62,511 bases of DNA, filler included, from Jimgerdemannia flammicorona (GCA_003990765.1; 2 parts of 2 records of this genome joined end to end with filler, not necessarily neighbours in it); one strand, 5' to 3'; positions 44,150 through 57,300 are shown, counted from the first letter of the whole stretch. Translations and numbers: made by a program. The notes: generated by a model from the sequence alone, not told the origin.

Positions 44150-47100
44150 ATGCAGCAGCCTCACTTTGGGAACATATCCGCCTACAATGCTGGTCTTATA
44201 GTTGAGCAAGTCCTCAAGAATATACCAGAGGTCAGGCGAAAATTCCTGAAAGAAGCCAAGAAAGATACCAAGAGACTTCCAGTCCAAGGACCACACACTC
44301 AAGAACCTAGTACTATCCACACAGTCCATGAGAGCCAGCGACATGAACATCAATCTACAAGACTCGCCAATGAAAAAGTGCATGGTGAAAATGCCAGAAT
44401 TCTCGTCAATACTAGAGCAGCAGTATGCATTATCACCCAAAGGATGTTAGAGCAAATTGGATGAGAAATAGATGAAGGAACCAAAGCAAGAGTTATCATG
44501 GCCGACGGATCAGCTTCCACACCCCTTGGACTTGTCAGAGACATCTCCATTCAAGTTGGAAAGGCCTGCCTCAATGTACCCAAAGCTGTCATGACCCCTG
44601 CAATCTCCTATGATCTGATCCTGGAAACTGACTGGTTAAGCCGAGTTGGAGCCAATGTAGATATCAAGAAACAACTCCTGGTCTTCTCCATTCATGGACA
44701 GAAGCACAAGATGCCCATTGACTTGAAAGGATTATCCAAAAAGACGAACCAAGCCTCAGAAACAGAATGGCAAGGATATGGCAACACCCCCACTACTACC
44801 AAGGATGAAAGCGAGGCCAATTTCCTACAAGAACTAGGAAGTGATTTTGATGCCCCAAGGGACCAAGAAAGTGAACAAGAAGACTCTTTCATTGGAGTTA
44901 TTAGTGTTGAAGGCCTGGAAGAAAGCATTGATAGAGCCATTAATGTAAGGGTAGCACTTGAGTTTGCAGGACCTTCTGCTCAACCACCACCACCACTGGT
45001 AGAAAATCGGATCATGCAAGCCTTTTGTCGAGGCATATGTGAACACTTTATCAGCTTCCACTCACCAAGAGATGATTGCAGCAATTGCCGAATCCTGAAT
45101 CTCAAGAAGGTTCCAATGCCAGAAATTGATGACAAGGATGAATTGAAGCAAGCACCATCCCACAGCCGAATACAACCTCCAACCCCAAAGACCTTCAAGA
45201 AGACCTATAAGGAAGGACAGAAGATCCTTGCCTGCCAAACATTCGAGTCCCTTACCATCGAAGGAGAAAGCAACAGCTCCTACACTATCACCCGGGCCCT
45301 CCAGATCACACAGCCCACCTATGACAAGTATCAGAAGAGATTCCCTACCAGTAGGGAGGTCAAACAGCAAAATGAAGACTTTGTCAAGAAGGGACATTGT
45401 GATTGTGGAAAAACCTTTACCTGTTACTGGTGTGAACATCAAGATGTTCACCTCAGTGAAGATGTCTACAAGAGCCGAGTCAAAAGAAAGGATCCCACCA
45501 TGCAAGAACCTCGAATTCGCTGGGCCTGTCGGAAGTGCAAAGAAATCAACCATGAAGGAGATTGCAAGTTCAAGAGCAAGACCTCTATCTGGGACCTACC
45601 ATTGGAAGTTCTTGCCATCATTTGCTGGTACTGCCACTCTCATCAAGGAAAAGAAGGTATCAATCTTACCTTCATCCTTATGGAAGCTCTGGACCCTCTA
45701 GGAAAGACTGGATTCAATTACACAAGAAACTCAAAGACAGGAGCTCATTGGCCTTTCTTCAAACTGGAGCACATAGACTTCTTACCTATAATGACAACAG
45801 CTGAAGCACTATTTCTCAAAGCTCAACCAATTATCCAGGTCAAGCTGCTTTCACCCTGGGCACAGCCACCTCTTGCACAAACAGAAGGATCAGTTGGTTA
45901 TGACCTCTGCCTCCCCTACCAAGCAAGAATCTGACCCAGAAGTACCAGGACTTTTGACCTACAGATCGCACTCACTATACCACCTGGGTATTATGGACAA
46001 TTGGCTTCAAGATCCTCATTGGCAACCAAAGGAGTCACAGTAGAAGGAGGAGTCATCGATCAGGACTACCGAGGTCTCTTGAAGGTCATTATCTGCAATT
46101 CTAGTAGAACCAGCTAATTCTTTAGTCCTATGGAAGTCATCTGCCAAATCCTGTTTATCAAGACATCACAGCTGACCATCCAAGAGGTAGACCAACTAGA
46201 AGATACCAACAGAGGATAAGGAGGCTTTGGAAGCACCAATAGAAATCTATGGACACTACCTATCGAGGTTCATCTAGCAACAGTTGCTCAATTCCGACAA
46301 ATGAGACCTTACATCTGCCATCTAATCCAAGCAAGAGAAGACATCCTCCTGCAGCCCTACCAGCAAAAAGGCCTAGATGTGCACCTACCAGTAGAAGCAA
46401 ACAACTTGATATTTGCACCATTACTGGAGCTTCAAAAGGAATACCACATCCTCCTGGCTAAAGAACGAATTCATGACCAGATGTCACTGATCCACATCCC
46501 TATCAGAAACTTGGGCTTCAAAGTAATAACTATCCCCAAGGGAACAACAATGGGATATTTCGAACCACTGATAGATACCTATAAGGAAGAAGTCTTCGAA
46601 TTCTTGGGAAATGGCAAACCCTCTCCAGTGAGACTGACAGTACCAGGGAGGAAGACTCAGCAAATTCAGCAATCAAAGCCATCGATATCGAGACAACTCT
46701 AACCAAGGACCAGCAACAACAGATACAGGAGTTGATAGAGGAGTATAAAGATATATTTACCACCACATATAATAACTTCCCACCATATCAATACAGAGAA
46801 CACCCTATACATACTGGAGATGCAAGACCAATCCGACAATGACCCTACCGAACACCACATCATCTGATTGAATTTGAACAACAACACATAGATGAAATGC
46901 TATGAAATGGAGTCATCAGACCATCATCAAGCCCCTGGGCTTCACCAGCAATCATAGTACCAAAGAAAGGAGGATGGAGATTAGTTGTGGATTTCAGAAA
47001 ACTCAACAAAGTCACCACAGAAGACACCTACCCACTGCCAAGAATTGATGACCTCATTAATGCCCTCGGAAAAGCCAAGTACATGACCACTACTAACCAG

Positions 47101-49357
47101 TTCCAAGGATTCCAAGTAATACCCATTGCCAAAGAAGATATCTGCAAGACGGCCTTCATCACCAGATGAGGACAGTACAAATATCTATAAATGCTCTTTG
47201 GACTCTGCAATACACTTGCCTCATTCCAATGAATGATGAACTATGTCTACTGGGACCTCATTGGAAGAAATGTACTAGTGTACATAGATGATATAATCAT
47301 CTACTCTGAGACATTCAAGCAGCATTTGCAAGACCTCTGCGAAATATTCAATACCATTCGAAATTCAGGACTCAGACTCAATGCCAAGAAGTGCTTCTTT
47401 GGAAAACATCAAGTTGAATATCTGGGATATGTTGTCTCAGCTCAAGGAATACATGCTGACCCCTGCAAGGTGGAGAAAGTCAAGAACTACCCAATCCTGA
47501 CCTCAGCAAAGGAGACCCTATCTTTCCTTATGCTGGCATCCTACTATCGATGATTCATCCCAAGGTTTTCAGATAAGGCAGCACCTCTCCGAGATATCTC
47601 CAAGAAGGACCAACCATTCTACTGGAAAGAAGAACAACAAAAGTCATTCGACCTACTCAAGAAGGCCCTTACTGAAGCCCCTGTCCTGGTGCGACCAGAT
47701 TTTAGCAAACCATTCATCCTGACAACTGATGCCTCAGCCTTAGGACTTGGATCAATTCTGTCTCAGCAACATGACCAGAAGAGGGAGCATGTTATCGAAT
47801 ATACTAGCAAGGCCACAAACGAAATACAAGTGAACTATGGAGCCACTAAGTTGGAATGCCTAGCAGTAGTTTGGGCTGTGGACCACTTCTGACACTATCT
47901 CTTGAGAAAGAGATTCACCCTCATCACTGACTATCAAGCTCTACAATAGTTGTTCAACAAGCCAGAGCCCTCAGGAATCTTCGCTAGATGGATCATGTCT
48001 CTGCAAGAATATCAGTTCACTATTGTCTACAAGAAAGGTGCTAAGAATTCCAATATCGATACCCTGTCACGAATCCTGCGAAACCAACAAGAAGAGAAGG
48101 AGCCCCCACAAGAGAAGGCTGCTTCCCGCTCACCCAAATGAACCAAGAATTGTGCCTCGCCCTCACCTGGAGTCTGTACCATAGAAGCTTCAAGAAAGGA
48201 ATCCAACCAGCCCACAAGTTGTTTATCCAAAGGAATTTCAAGAAATTCCAAGAAGGCGATGGTGAACTTTGGAGAGTAGAAGGAGAGCAGTACACCTGAG
48301 TTCCAAAGAAGAAGAAATATTGAAGATCCTGATAACAAATCATGACCAAAATACACACCGAGGAATTGGTGCTACAATCACAAGAATCAAGAAGTGATAC
48401 TGGTAGCCCAAGATGAGAAAACAAATTTCAACACACATTCAACAATATGATACCTGCCAAAGATACCGATAAAAGCCTACCAACAGAGCACCATTAATAC
48501 TGATCACAGCACCAGCTAGAGCCTTTCAAAGACTAGGAATAGACATTATTGGACCCCTACCAGTAACCAGCCGAGGAAGATGCTACATCCTCACTATCGA
48601 AGACCACCTGACAAAATGGCCTGAAGCCTTTGCCATTGAGATGGCCGATGCTCAGACAATTATTAGGATCCTGTATGATGAAGTTTTCAGCCGCCATAGT
48701 GTGCCTAAGGAAATCATTACAGACCAAGGCCAAGAATTCATCAACCAAGCCATGAAGACCTTTGTGAGCAACTTCAAGATCAAGCTATGACCAACAACAG
48801 CCTACTACCCTCAGGCAAATGGACTCACTGAACGAATGAACCAGACCATCAAGTGAGGTCTTAGTAGAACTGGAGATCAACTAAACTGGGATATCTATCT
48901 ACCAGCAATTCTGTTCAGCATCCGTACCTCTAAGGCAACCACTACCCAACAGACCTCCTTCTATTTGGTGTATGGCCAGGAAGCACAAGATCCTACTGAA
49001 CCAGTCCAGCTAGATCTGTCAAAACAAGTTACAGAAGAGATCACCCGGTTACACAACATATGCCAGCAAGCACAAGGATTTATCGCCAAGGCATAAGAAC
49101 GACAAAAGAGGTACTATGACCACAAAGCCAACCTTGAACCCCTGCTCATTAGACAAAAGGTTCTGGTGTACCATACCATCATAGAAGAAAATTGGAGTAC
49201 CAAGCTTGAACCAAAATGGGAAGGCCTCTATCTCATACACCAAGTATTCTCGAACCACACTTATCAACTCAAGACCTTGGATGGAGTTATACTCAAGACC
49301 AAGATACATCGCAACCACATAAGACTCTACTACTCAAGAGAAGCAAAACACATTTGA
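44150..49357 (+). pseudogene. pol: Element B pol: PR, Cys-rich/F-box-like insert, dUTPase, dUTPase-like, RT, RNase H, integrase
   Basis: ILVNTRA (DTGA after G->A) at ~44400; PLPRIDD; YIDD at 47281; TTDAS; KLECLAVVW; GIDIIGPLP, TDQGQEF, GLTER; KLEPKWEGLY. Confidence 0.92.
45827..46238 (+). pseudogene. dut: Element B dUTPase domain
   Basis: SVGYDL, LASRSSLA, GGVIDQDYRG, ICQI and RG*GGFGST (all five trimeric dUTPase motifs). Confidence 0.92.
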
Positions 49358-49672
49358 ACAATCCTATTCACTCTGTCTGTGTCATCTCTGCTGGAGATAT
49401 GACAGACGTTTCACTCAGAACTCAAGAAAGCCAACAACATTGGAACCAGACTCAAGCCCATCCACGTGACAGACATTGTTACTAAGAAATTGCCTCAGAT
49501 TACAAGAAATACTATTTCTGATCTGTTCGAATCCCCAGCCGTGACTATGGGAGCCCTCACCCTAGACAAGGATGGCCAGTCCTCACAAATGCACCAGCAT
49601 TCTGCTCATCCCTGGAGTTAAGACCACCCAACTCTGTGTAATCCTCACTGCCAAGGATGGCTCTAATTTTGC

Positions 49673-49682
49673 AAGGGGCAGA
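49673..49682 (+). promoter_or_regulatory. Polypurine tract of element B
   Basis: AAGGGGCAGA directly before the 3' LTR TGTG. Confidence 0.7.
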
Positions 49683-52235
49683 TGTGATGTACACAATTAA
49701 CAATGGAGTACTGGTGACTGCTAAGATCAGATGACATAATGGCGTAACAATCAAATAGACAGCCTGACCCATTAGGTGATCATTCCAAAAGAAGACAAGA
49801 TGATCTGAGCCAAAATGAAGACCATGTTATTTAAGGACCCATACTCCACCTCAGGGATCGGCACCAAAGAACTAAGTACCCACTATACAATGTCTCCCAT
49901 TTGCCGATCCAACCAGACCTCCCACTGCTCTACCCCTTTGCCTGGCCCAAAGACCCTGATCTTTGAAGCTATCAAGAAGGCCATCTGGTGCCCAGATACT
50001 TCCGAACACTTGAACTTCTACACTGAGGACCTTGGACACTTCATCAACTACTGGTATATAATGACCCAACAGCTCAAAGACACTACCGAACAAATGACCC
50101 TCTGGCATGACTACGAAATTGGACACTGCCTTTGCAATGAGACTCAAGAAGATGACCAGGAAGGCCTCATTACTGAATTGATAACCACTAGCCGGCTAAT
50201 CAAGAGAGCCCTCCATGTCCACCAAATCTTCTGCCATATTCCCTGGGCCATAGCACACTTGCAAGAAGTAATGACTGGCAGCCTCTCCCGCCTTTCAACT
50301 GAAGATGCTGACTGGATAGAATCTGAAGTAGCCAACTCTATTGGCAGCAACTGCGTCACCATAGGAAGCCAACAAACTGAACCTACTCAGCCAGGTTTCC
50401 ATACCACCCCACTCCGAGACAACCATCAAGGTCACCTAATGAGTCTTATGGAGATATTTGAAGGACCACCCATTACTATAGAAGCACTTGTTGGAGCTAC
50501 CCCAACCACCCACCACCCTGCCAGCCACAATTCACATCTCATCATTTGGGAACTGAATCAAGAAGAAGCCCAAGAGGTCCCTGTCTTTGAAGAGGAAGCC
50601 CAAGAACTCCAAGACCCTGCTCCTGAAGAAACCCCCTCTGACACTGAAACTGACGAGTTTTCAGAAGAAGAAGAGGAGCAACAGAGAGTCTACCAGTCCT
50701 CTGTCTGCATTCAAGCTGTTCAAGAGTTAGAGAATGTTGTTGAAGATGACTGGCCACTTTTCTACTCCCTCACCTCTTGGCCGGCACTTCCCCCTTTTGA
50801 GGAGAGGTATGATGAAGAAGAAATCTTAACCCAGCAAGATTTGCCTGCTGCGGACAAAGGGTACTATTTCCTCTAGAAGCACCACCCGTCAGCCATGAGA
50901 ATTGTGTAGCCTTCATGTCAGCAAGTCAGCAAGTCCGAATCCAGCATTGCTACCCAGCACAACCGTTTTCAGCATTTTGTCAGCAAGTTCGAATCCAGCA
51001 TTGCTACCCAGCACAACTGTTTTCAGTATTTTGTCAGTAAGTCCAAATTCAGCATTGCTACCCAGCACAACCATTTCCAGCATTGCTACCCAGTGCCACC
51101 ATTTTCAGCATTTTGTCAGCAAGTCCGAATCCAGCATTGCTATCCCCTACAACCCAATCCATAGTAAACAATGGCCTGCACCTCGCATCGTGCAAGCCAA
51201 TAGCATAGTGAATGTTTGCCACAACATAGTATACCTTAGCCACGTCTATAGCTAGCAAACTTATATAAATAACCCATATTCTTAGAGTGAATAAACCTCA
51301 GTCAGTTTGTGTTTAAAAGTAAAAAGGATTATAAAGAAACCACTGCCTCCAAGAGACCAGAAAATTCTGAGAACAAGATAACAACCTAGAGCAATGGATC
51401 GCTTGGAAGTTTGAGTTAAGGAATTTCTCTTGCTACCTGAATTTCAAGTTTTGCTGCTATGAAAAGGATTCAAGACCATGGACTGCCCGCAAGTCAGTCA
51501 GTTTGTGTTTAAAAGTAAAAAGGATTACAAAGAAACCACTGCCTCCAAGAGACCGGATAAATTCTGAGAACAAGATAACTAGAGCAACGATCGCTCGAGG
51601 TTTGAGTTAAAGAATTTTCTCTTACCACAGAAAGAAAATGTTACCCGACTACCACCATTCAGACCGTGCATTTGACCACCATTTGAGACCTGAGATCCAG
51701 CCAAGGATTAAAGACATGACCACCACGCATTCAGACTGCCATTCGGACTGCGCATTCGACCGCCATTCAAGATTCAAGACCCAGAAACACAAGGATACCC
51801 AGCCAAAGGATACTAGACCACCAAAGACTGACCCGCTATCAAAGACTCGAATGACTGCCAGGAACCTTTCAAGTTAACAAGTCAAGACAGACGAGCAAGC
51901 TGTCAACCTCCGTTTTCCCAACCTACTGCGCCACGAACTGCTTAAAGCCAAGCCCATCATCACCGCATAAATTCAAGTTCGCCGCCAAGTTATTCGCTGC
52001 CCTTTTCCACTAAACAATTGAGCCATCGACATCCTGAGCCAATGAACAATTAAACGACCTCCCCATCGAACAAATCGAAGTCCTGCTATTATCAAATATC
52101 ACATGTTTCGAATGACCTGATCACATGACTATTGACTTGTAACCATCGTGAATGCACTCACATCCATTATGCGCTTCACCAAGTAGCACATTGAGCCATG
52201 ACAGAAGCAACTAGGGATACAAACCCAATGCCACA
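49683..52235 (+). repeat. Element B 3' LTR (2553 bp)
   Basis: TGTGAT...GCCACA, colinear with the 5' LTR. Confidence 0.95.
49815..50876 (+). CDS. Intact LTR-encoded ORF of family B (353 aa, unknown function)
   Basis: Uninterrupted frame in the U3 of the 3' LTR. Helical-looking N-half and acidic, aromatic-rich C-tail. An alternative start is the ATG at 49890. Confidence 0.7.
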   Translation: MKTMLFKDPYSTSGIGTKELSTHYTMSPICRSNQTSHCSTPLPGPKTLIFEAIKKAIWCPDTSEHLNFYTEDLGHFINYWYIMTQQLKDTTEQMTLWHDYEIGHCLCNETQEDDQEGLITELITTSRLIKRALHVHQIFCHIPWAIAHLQEVMTGSLSRLSTEDADWIESEVANSIGSNCVTIGSQQTEPTQPGFHTTPLRDNHQGHLMSLMEIFEGPPITIEALVGATPTTHHPASHNSHLIIWELNQEEAQEVPVFEEEAQELQDPAPEETPSDTETDEFSEEEEEQQRVYQSSVCIQAVQELENVVEDDWPLFYSLTSWPALPPFEERYDEEEILTQQDLPAADKGYYFL

Positions 52236-53528
52236 ATGAATATAGAATACTCAAATAGCTCATATATGGAAAACTATTCCTGCTAAGCTGTTATATATTA
52301 TATAGTACTTAAATTTATAAGCTATATATTATTATCATTAACTATATTGATATATACTTTACTTATATTACTTATACTTTTAATTATTATTTTTCACTAG
52401 CTCAAAAATATGTAACTTAGTTATGAATATATTCTTTAGATACTTGGTATATATTACTTATATATAGAATATGTCTTCATCTTAATTATTATTTATTTCA
52501 GCAGTATTTATATTATATTACTCTTTACTATATATTTTTTTCATTACTTTTATACATATTGTTAATACTAGCCTTTATACTTATTTTCATCATTCTTCTT
52601 ATCTTTATAATAGTAGTTATTTTATATATACTTATACTTACTATAGTAATAATAGTGTTAAGATAGCAACTTAATATATCAATATATGATTTATATCATT
52701 CTATCAGTTTTATATTATTCATTAGTAATATGTAAAATATATAACCTATATAAGCTTTAATAAAATATCTCTTCTTACAATAAAGATTATGAGCTCTACT
52801 AGTACTAAGTAGCTATAGTAAATAAATATACCTTTTTAATCTATACTATATTAGAAATATCAAATAATCAGCTTAGTAATATAAGTAGTAATATATATAT
52901 ACTAATTATGAGTATTTCTATAGATATAACCTTAATAAGTATAGAAAACACAGTCTTAGTTATAAGTATAAATATTGTCGATAGGAAGATTATGCTAGTG
53001 GCTACAAAAGCTCAGTTCACTATCACCCTCAATAGTAATGAGGTAAGAGAGTTCTGGAATTCTATCCTTGAGGACAATTCTGATCAATTCTTGTAAGGAT
53101 TGATCTCAGTATTCTAAGGCCCCAGTATTCAGATTAGACCTCTCTAAGACCCCATATTTATTCCTTATTTTGTAGAAGAGAGCTTCATAGATTGGAGAGC
53201 CCCAGATCTCTTTGCTTTCTATGCTGCTAAATGTGATGATATCATCAGTGATGACATCATCCTATATAACATATGTAAAACAGACAAAACATTTATAGAC
53301 CTCATTTTCTTCAAGGATATCCTAACCTCTAGCAGTGATAAAGATAAAGCCTCCATAGTCCTGAACATTCTGCTCTAAGTTTTTAATAATACTAAAATCT
53401 TCTGGCATCCTTTTTCTATATAACTGAATTCTATCAGTATCTTTTTTCTATAATACCCGAATCTTCAGGTACTCTTTTTCTATATTACCAAAATCTACTA
53501 GCATCCTAAACTTGTACAACTACTTGTA

Positions 53529-54276
53529 CAGATATTTGAATTTATACTTACAACTATAGTTTTCTATATTCTAGTATTTTATTTGATTATTGGAATTTAT
53601 ATTTAGCTTTATAACTTAGCAACTATTGAATTATATTTTATATAAATATCTCTCTTATTTTCTTTGAAATAAAGTCAGTTCCAGTTCACTTATACTCAAT
53701 TCTATGCAAGCAATCTAAGAGATAACAAGACAGTTTAAAGAGAAGAAGTTTGAGGACTATAAGATCTTAAGAAGGCACTCCAATAAGAACTTGCTTATAA
53801 TAAACTTATAGTTAGTCTAAGAGATAAATCTTGAAGAGAATCTAATATATTTGAAGAACTCAGCAACTACTATATGATAACAGATACTTGAATTTGTACT
53901 TAGAAGTTTTCTATGTTCAAATATCTCATTTAGTTATTGGAATTTATATTTAGTTTTATAACTTAGCAACTATTAAATTATATTTTATATAAATATTCCT
54001 CTCATTTCTTTTGAAATAAAGTCAATAGTCAAGTATTCAAATACTCAGTATTAAAACTACTCAAGAAGTACAGAAGTTCCAGTCCTCTACTCAATTTCAA
54101 GCAAGCAAATCCAATAGACAACAGAATAGTTTAAAGATAAGAGGTTTGGGGACTATAAGACTTTGGAAAGATACTCTAAAGAACTTACTTATAAGAAACT
54201 TGTAATTGGTCTAAGAGATATACTTTGAAGAGAATCTGATATACTTGGAGAACTTAGTATCTACTATATGATAATA
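53529..54276 (+). repeat. Tandem pair of decayed short LTR-like units (~350 and ~395 bp)
   Basis: 53529-53880 and 53881-54276 are colinear. Each has TATAAATA, then AATAAA, and ends ...TATATGATAA(C/T)A. Confidence 0.65.
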
Positions 54277-54356
54277 TCTAAACCTAAGCCAGAGTTATCT
54301 AAGCTAAGAATAATAGAGATTAAAGATAAAGATATATAATGATAAAATCTCTAGTA

Positions 54357-57300
54357 CCTGCCTTGGACTTCTTTTGCTCAAACCATTCAGAGCGAGCTAA
54401 GCCACACAGACATCCTTTCATGAAAAACAACACATTTTTAAGTTTTCACTTCATTTATACTGGTATATAAGGTGCAGCAGAAGTCTGGCAACAATTCACA
54501 ATAAGTTTTGTCAAAATCCATCAAGTTTTCATAGTATAGTGACCCAAGACTCATCGAGCTCAGAGTGCCTAGAGAGGAGGAGGCCTGGCCTGGGCCTTCC
54601 CAAGAGTTTTGTGGCAGTAGCTGGTCAAGGTGGAGCTGGAGGGCAGGCTGGAGGTCATGGACCAGTAGTAGGATTGGATGGTTGGCACATGGTGGTGGGG
54701 AGTAAGCGGGCAGCTGCTGGGCCTATAGTTGGGGGGCAGCAGGGGCATAGTATTGACAGAGGTGGCCATTAGATGACTGGTTAGCTGGCCAGGGACCCAG
54801 TAGGGATCAGGGGTCCAGAGGTGTAATGGCTGGGACTGACTTTCCTGGGGCTGGGCTGGTGGCTGGGGGTGGGACTGCTGGTGGTATAGTAGCTCCTAGC
54901 GAGATAGTAGCTAGCATATCTAGTAGCAAGAATAAGGCAACTCTAGTAGTAGGAACTGGGGAGCTGGTGGTACAACCATTCTTTCATAAGTTGGTATTAT
55001 CATGGGCAGTCTCTGCCAACTTCTTGGGCCTTGGTCTGTCAGCCAAGGAAGTTCTACAACTGGTGGGTAAGGAGGTTGCAGGGGCTGAGTCACTGAGGTT
55101 TATTCCCTTGGCAGAGGCAGTGGAGGTTGGATTTGTTGAGGAGGGCTATGGTGAAGGCCTTGGAGAAGAGGTTGATAGTCAAGAATGTTAAGGTGGAGAT
55201 AGTGAGATGCCTGAGATGGGACCCACATACAGTGAGGTTGGTGGTGGAAGGACTGCTGATGCTGAGCAGACAGAAGACTAGGATGGTGATTGCTAAGGCT
55301 CTGGAAGGCTTTGGTGAGATGGTGGATTTCGGATTTATGTTCTGGGAGGGCACGAAGTTGAGAAATGGCAATTGTGAGGCAATGGTGCAGCTGGAGAGGA
55401 AGGAGGCAACAGGCCTGGGGTGAGACTGGCTAGAGGTTATTTATGTTGGGGAGCAGAATTGTTGGGTCTGGAGGAGGAAAGGCTCAGAGCAGAAGGAGGA
55501 GGAGCTGTGGGTAGTCCTTGAGGAGCATGATGAGGTAAAGGCTTTGCAGAAAAGAAAATGGGAGGAATTTGCTAAAGATTGGATCTGGATTGAGATAGAT
55601 GATAAGAGAAAGCATTAGTGTAAGGCAAACTGGGAGTGGCTGCAGGCAGTGCTGCAAGTGTCAGCAGAGGAGGAGATTGAAAAGGTAGCATCTGATAGGA
55701 ATCAAATAGAAGGGGTAGAGGTGGCTGAGGTGTCCTTCTCACAGCTGGGGAGAGTGGAAGAATCTGTACATATGCCTGTGATAAGATGGTGAGGAAGAGC
55801 AAGGAGCAGACTTCGAAGAAAATGTTGAGGTGGTTCCAGAAACTCAGATAGAAGACATGATGATGGCTAGGTCAGCAAATGTGCACTGGGAATGTCCAGA
55901 AGCAGGGGAGGTGGTGAGGTTGGATAAGATCTCTGAAGAGGATGAGCTGGTAGATGTTGCTTCAGATGTATCTGTAGACAGAGAATTGCTTCAGGAGCTA
56001 TATAGGACTCTCAGACCTATGACTCTGGGGCCATTGGCGATGGTGGCAGATGGCTAGTTCCAGGCAGTTACATTAAGGAAGTAGATGTGTTTCAGGGTTC
56101 CCCAGAGGCATGGGAAGGATTTCTCAAGATGGTATTACAGGGACTGAAGCTGATGATAGCAATGGTGGCAGCCCTTCTGGAGGATGAAGGGTATGAGGTA
56201 GATGATGACCAAATGGCAGATATCCATAAGGTGGTGTCTGAGCAAGTAGACTTCTTCTGTGGTAGTACCAATGGTGAGAGAATTTGGCAAGCAGTCTGTG
56301 AGGAGCATCAAGACATCATTAAGGGCTGAGCTAAGAAGGTGGTGGTAGTGGCATTGATATCTAAACTCCAAATTTTCTATGATGAAATACAACCTACGAA
56401 TTCTGTCTATCAATATCAATGGTTTGTAAGATAGTATAAAGCAGCGGTGTCTCTTTCGATGGTTGAAAGTCCAGAGGTATGATGTGGTGTTTCTTTAAGA
56501 TATTCAGGTCTATGGTAAGGAGGACTATGAGTCATAGAGTAAGGAATAGTTTGGAGATACTGGTTGGAGTAAGTAAGTTGGTATTCTGATTGGGATTGGA
56601 AAGGGGGAGTTAGTTGATGTGGGAAGTTTTGGTGATTGACTGGTGTGGGGAAGGCTGAAGGAAGGAAAAGGAGATGGACTCTTGGTGGGCTCTGTATATC
56701 TGCCAACAATTGGCAGAGAGCAAAAGCAATGGGTGGAGGAGTGGCTGACTTGGGAGGATTGGGTGACTCTAGGGTTGGACATTTTGGGGGGTGATTTTAA
56801 TATAGTTAGGGACTGTGTGCTAGATCAGTCTGATGGTGGGGCTGGTGTAGTGGTTTCTCCGGGGCTGTCTCAGTGACTTCAGGTGGAAAAGGGCATGGGA
56901 TTGATGGATGGTATATGATTGAGGGTGGGAGATGAGTCAGATCCCTTTACTAGGTGGTATTTTATAAACAATGAGATAGTTGGTACATGGATTGATTGGA
57001 TACTAGTAGCTGAACATTGGAGTAATGTTTTTGATACAGTCAGGATACAGTGGTGCCCATGATCAGACCATTGGAGATTTAAGGTGAGTGGAAGATTCTG
57101 GGGGGGATGGGTGCTGGTGTCTCAACATAGCTCTGCTTCAGCATCCAGTGGAATGAGAGCAATTCATATACTTGGCCTGACAGAAAGTAGGGTGATGGGT
57201 GGCTGGTGGTCTATCTATTGCTGATTTGTGGAGCAGATTCAAACACCTTGCTGGTGCATATTGGAGAGATACCAGGGAGGTGGCAGGAAAGGAGCAAAAG

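Larger units (their letters stand above)
39256..52235 (+). mobile_element. Ty3/gypsy element B (non-chromovirus), full length, mutated
   Basis: Two 2553-bp TG...CA LTRs, PBS, PPT, and gag-CCHC-PR-insert-dUTPase-RT-RH-IN order. Confidence 0.95.

Noticed and set aside
49399..49815. ORF crossing the PPT into LTR B (nef-like 5' extension)
   Set aside because: All three plus frames are similarly open once C->T stops are allowed, so no frame can be singled out from one copy.
53015..53050. Minus-strand ITIEGDSEL resembling an RNase HI motif
   Set aside because: An isolated short match with no other RNase H motifs recognisable.
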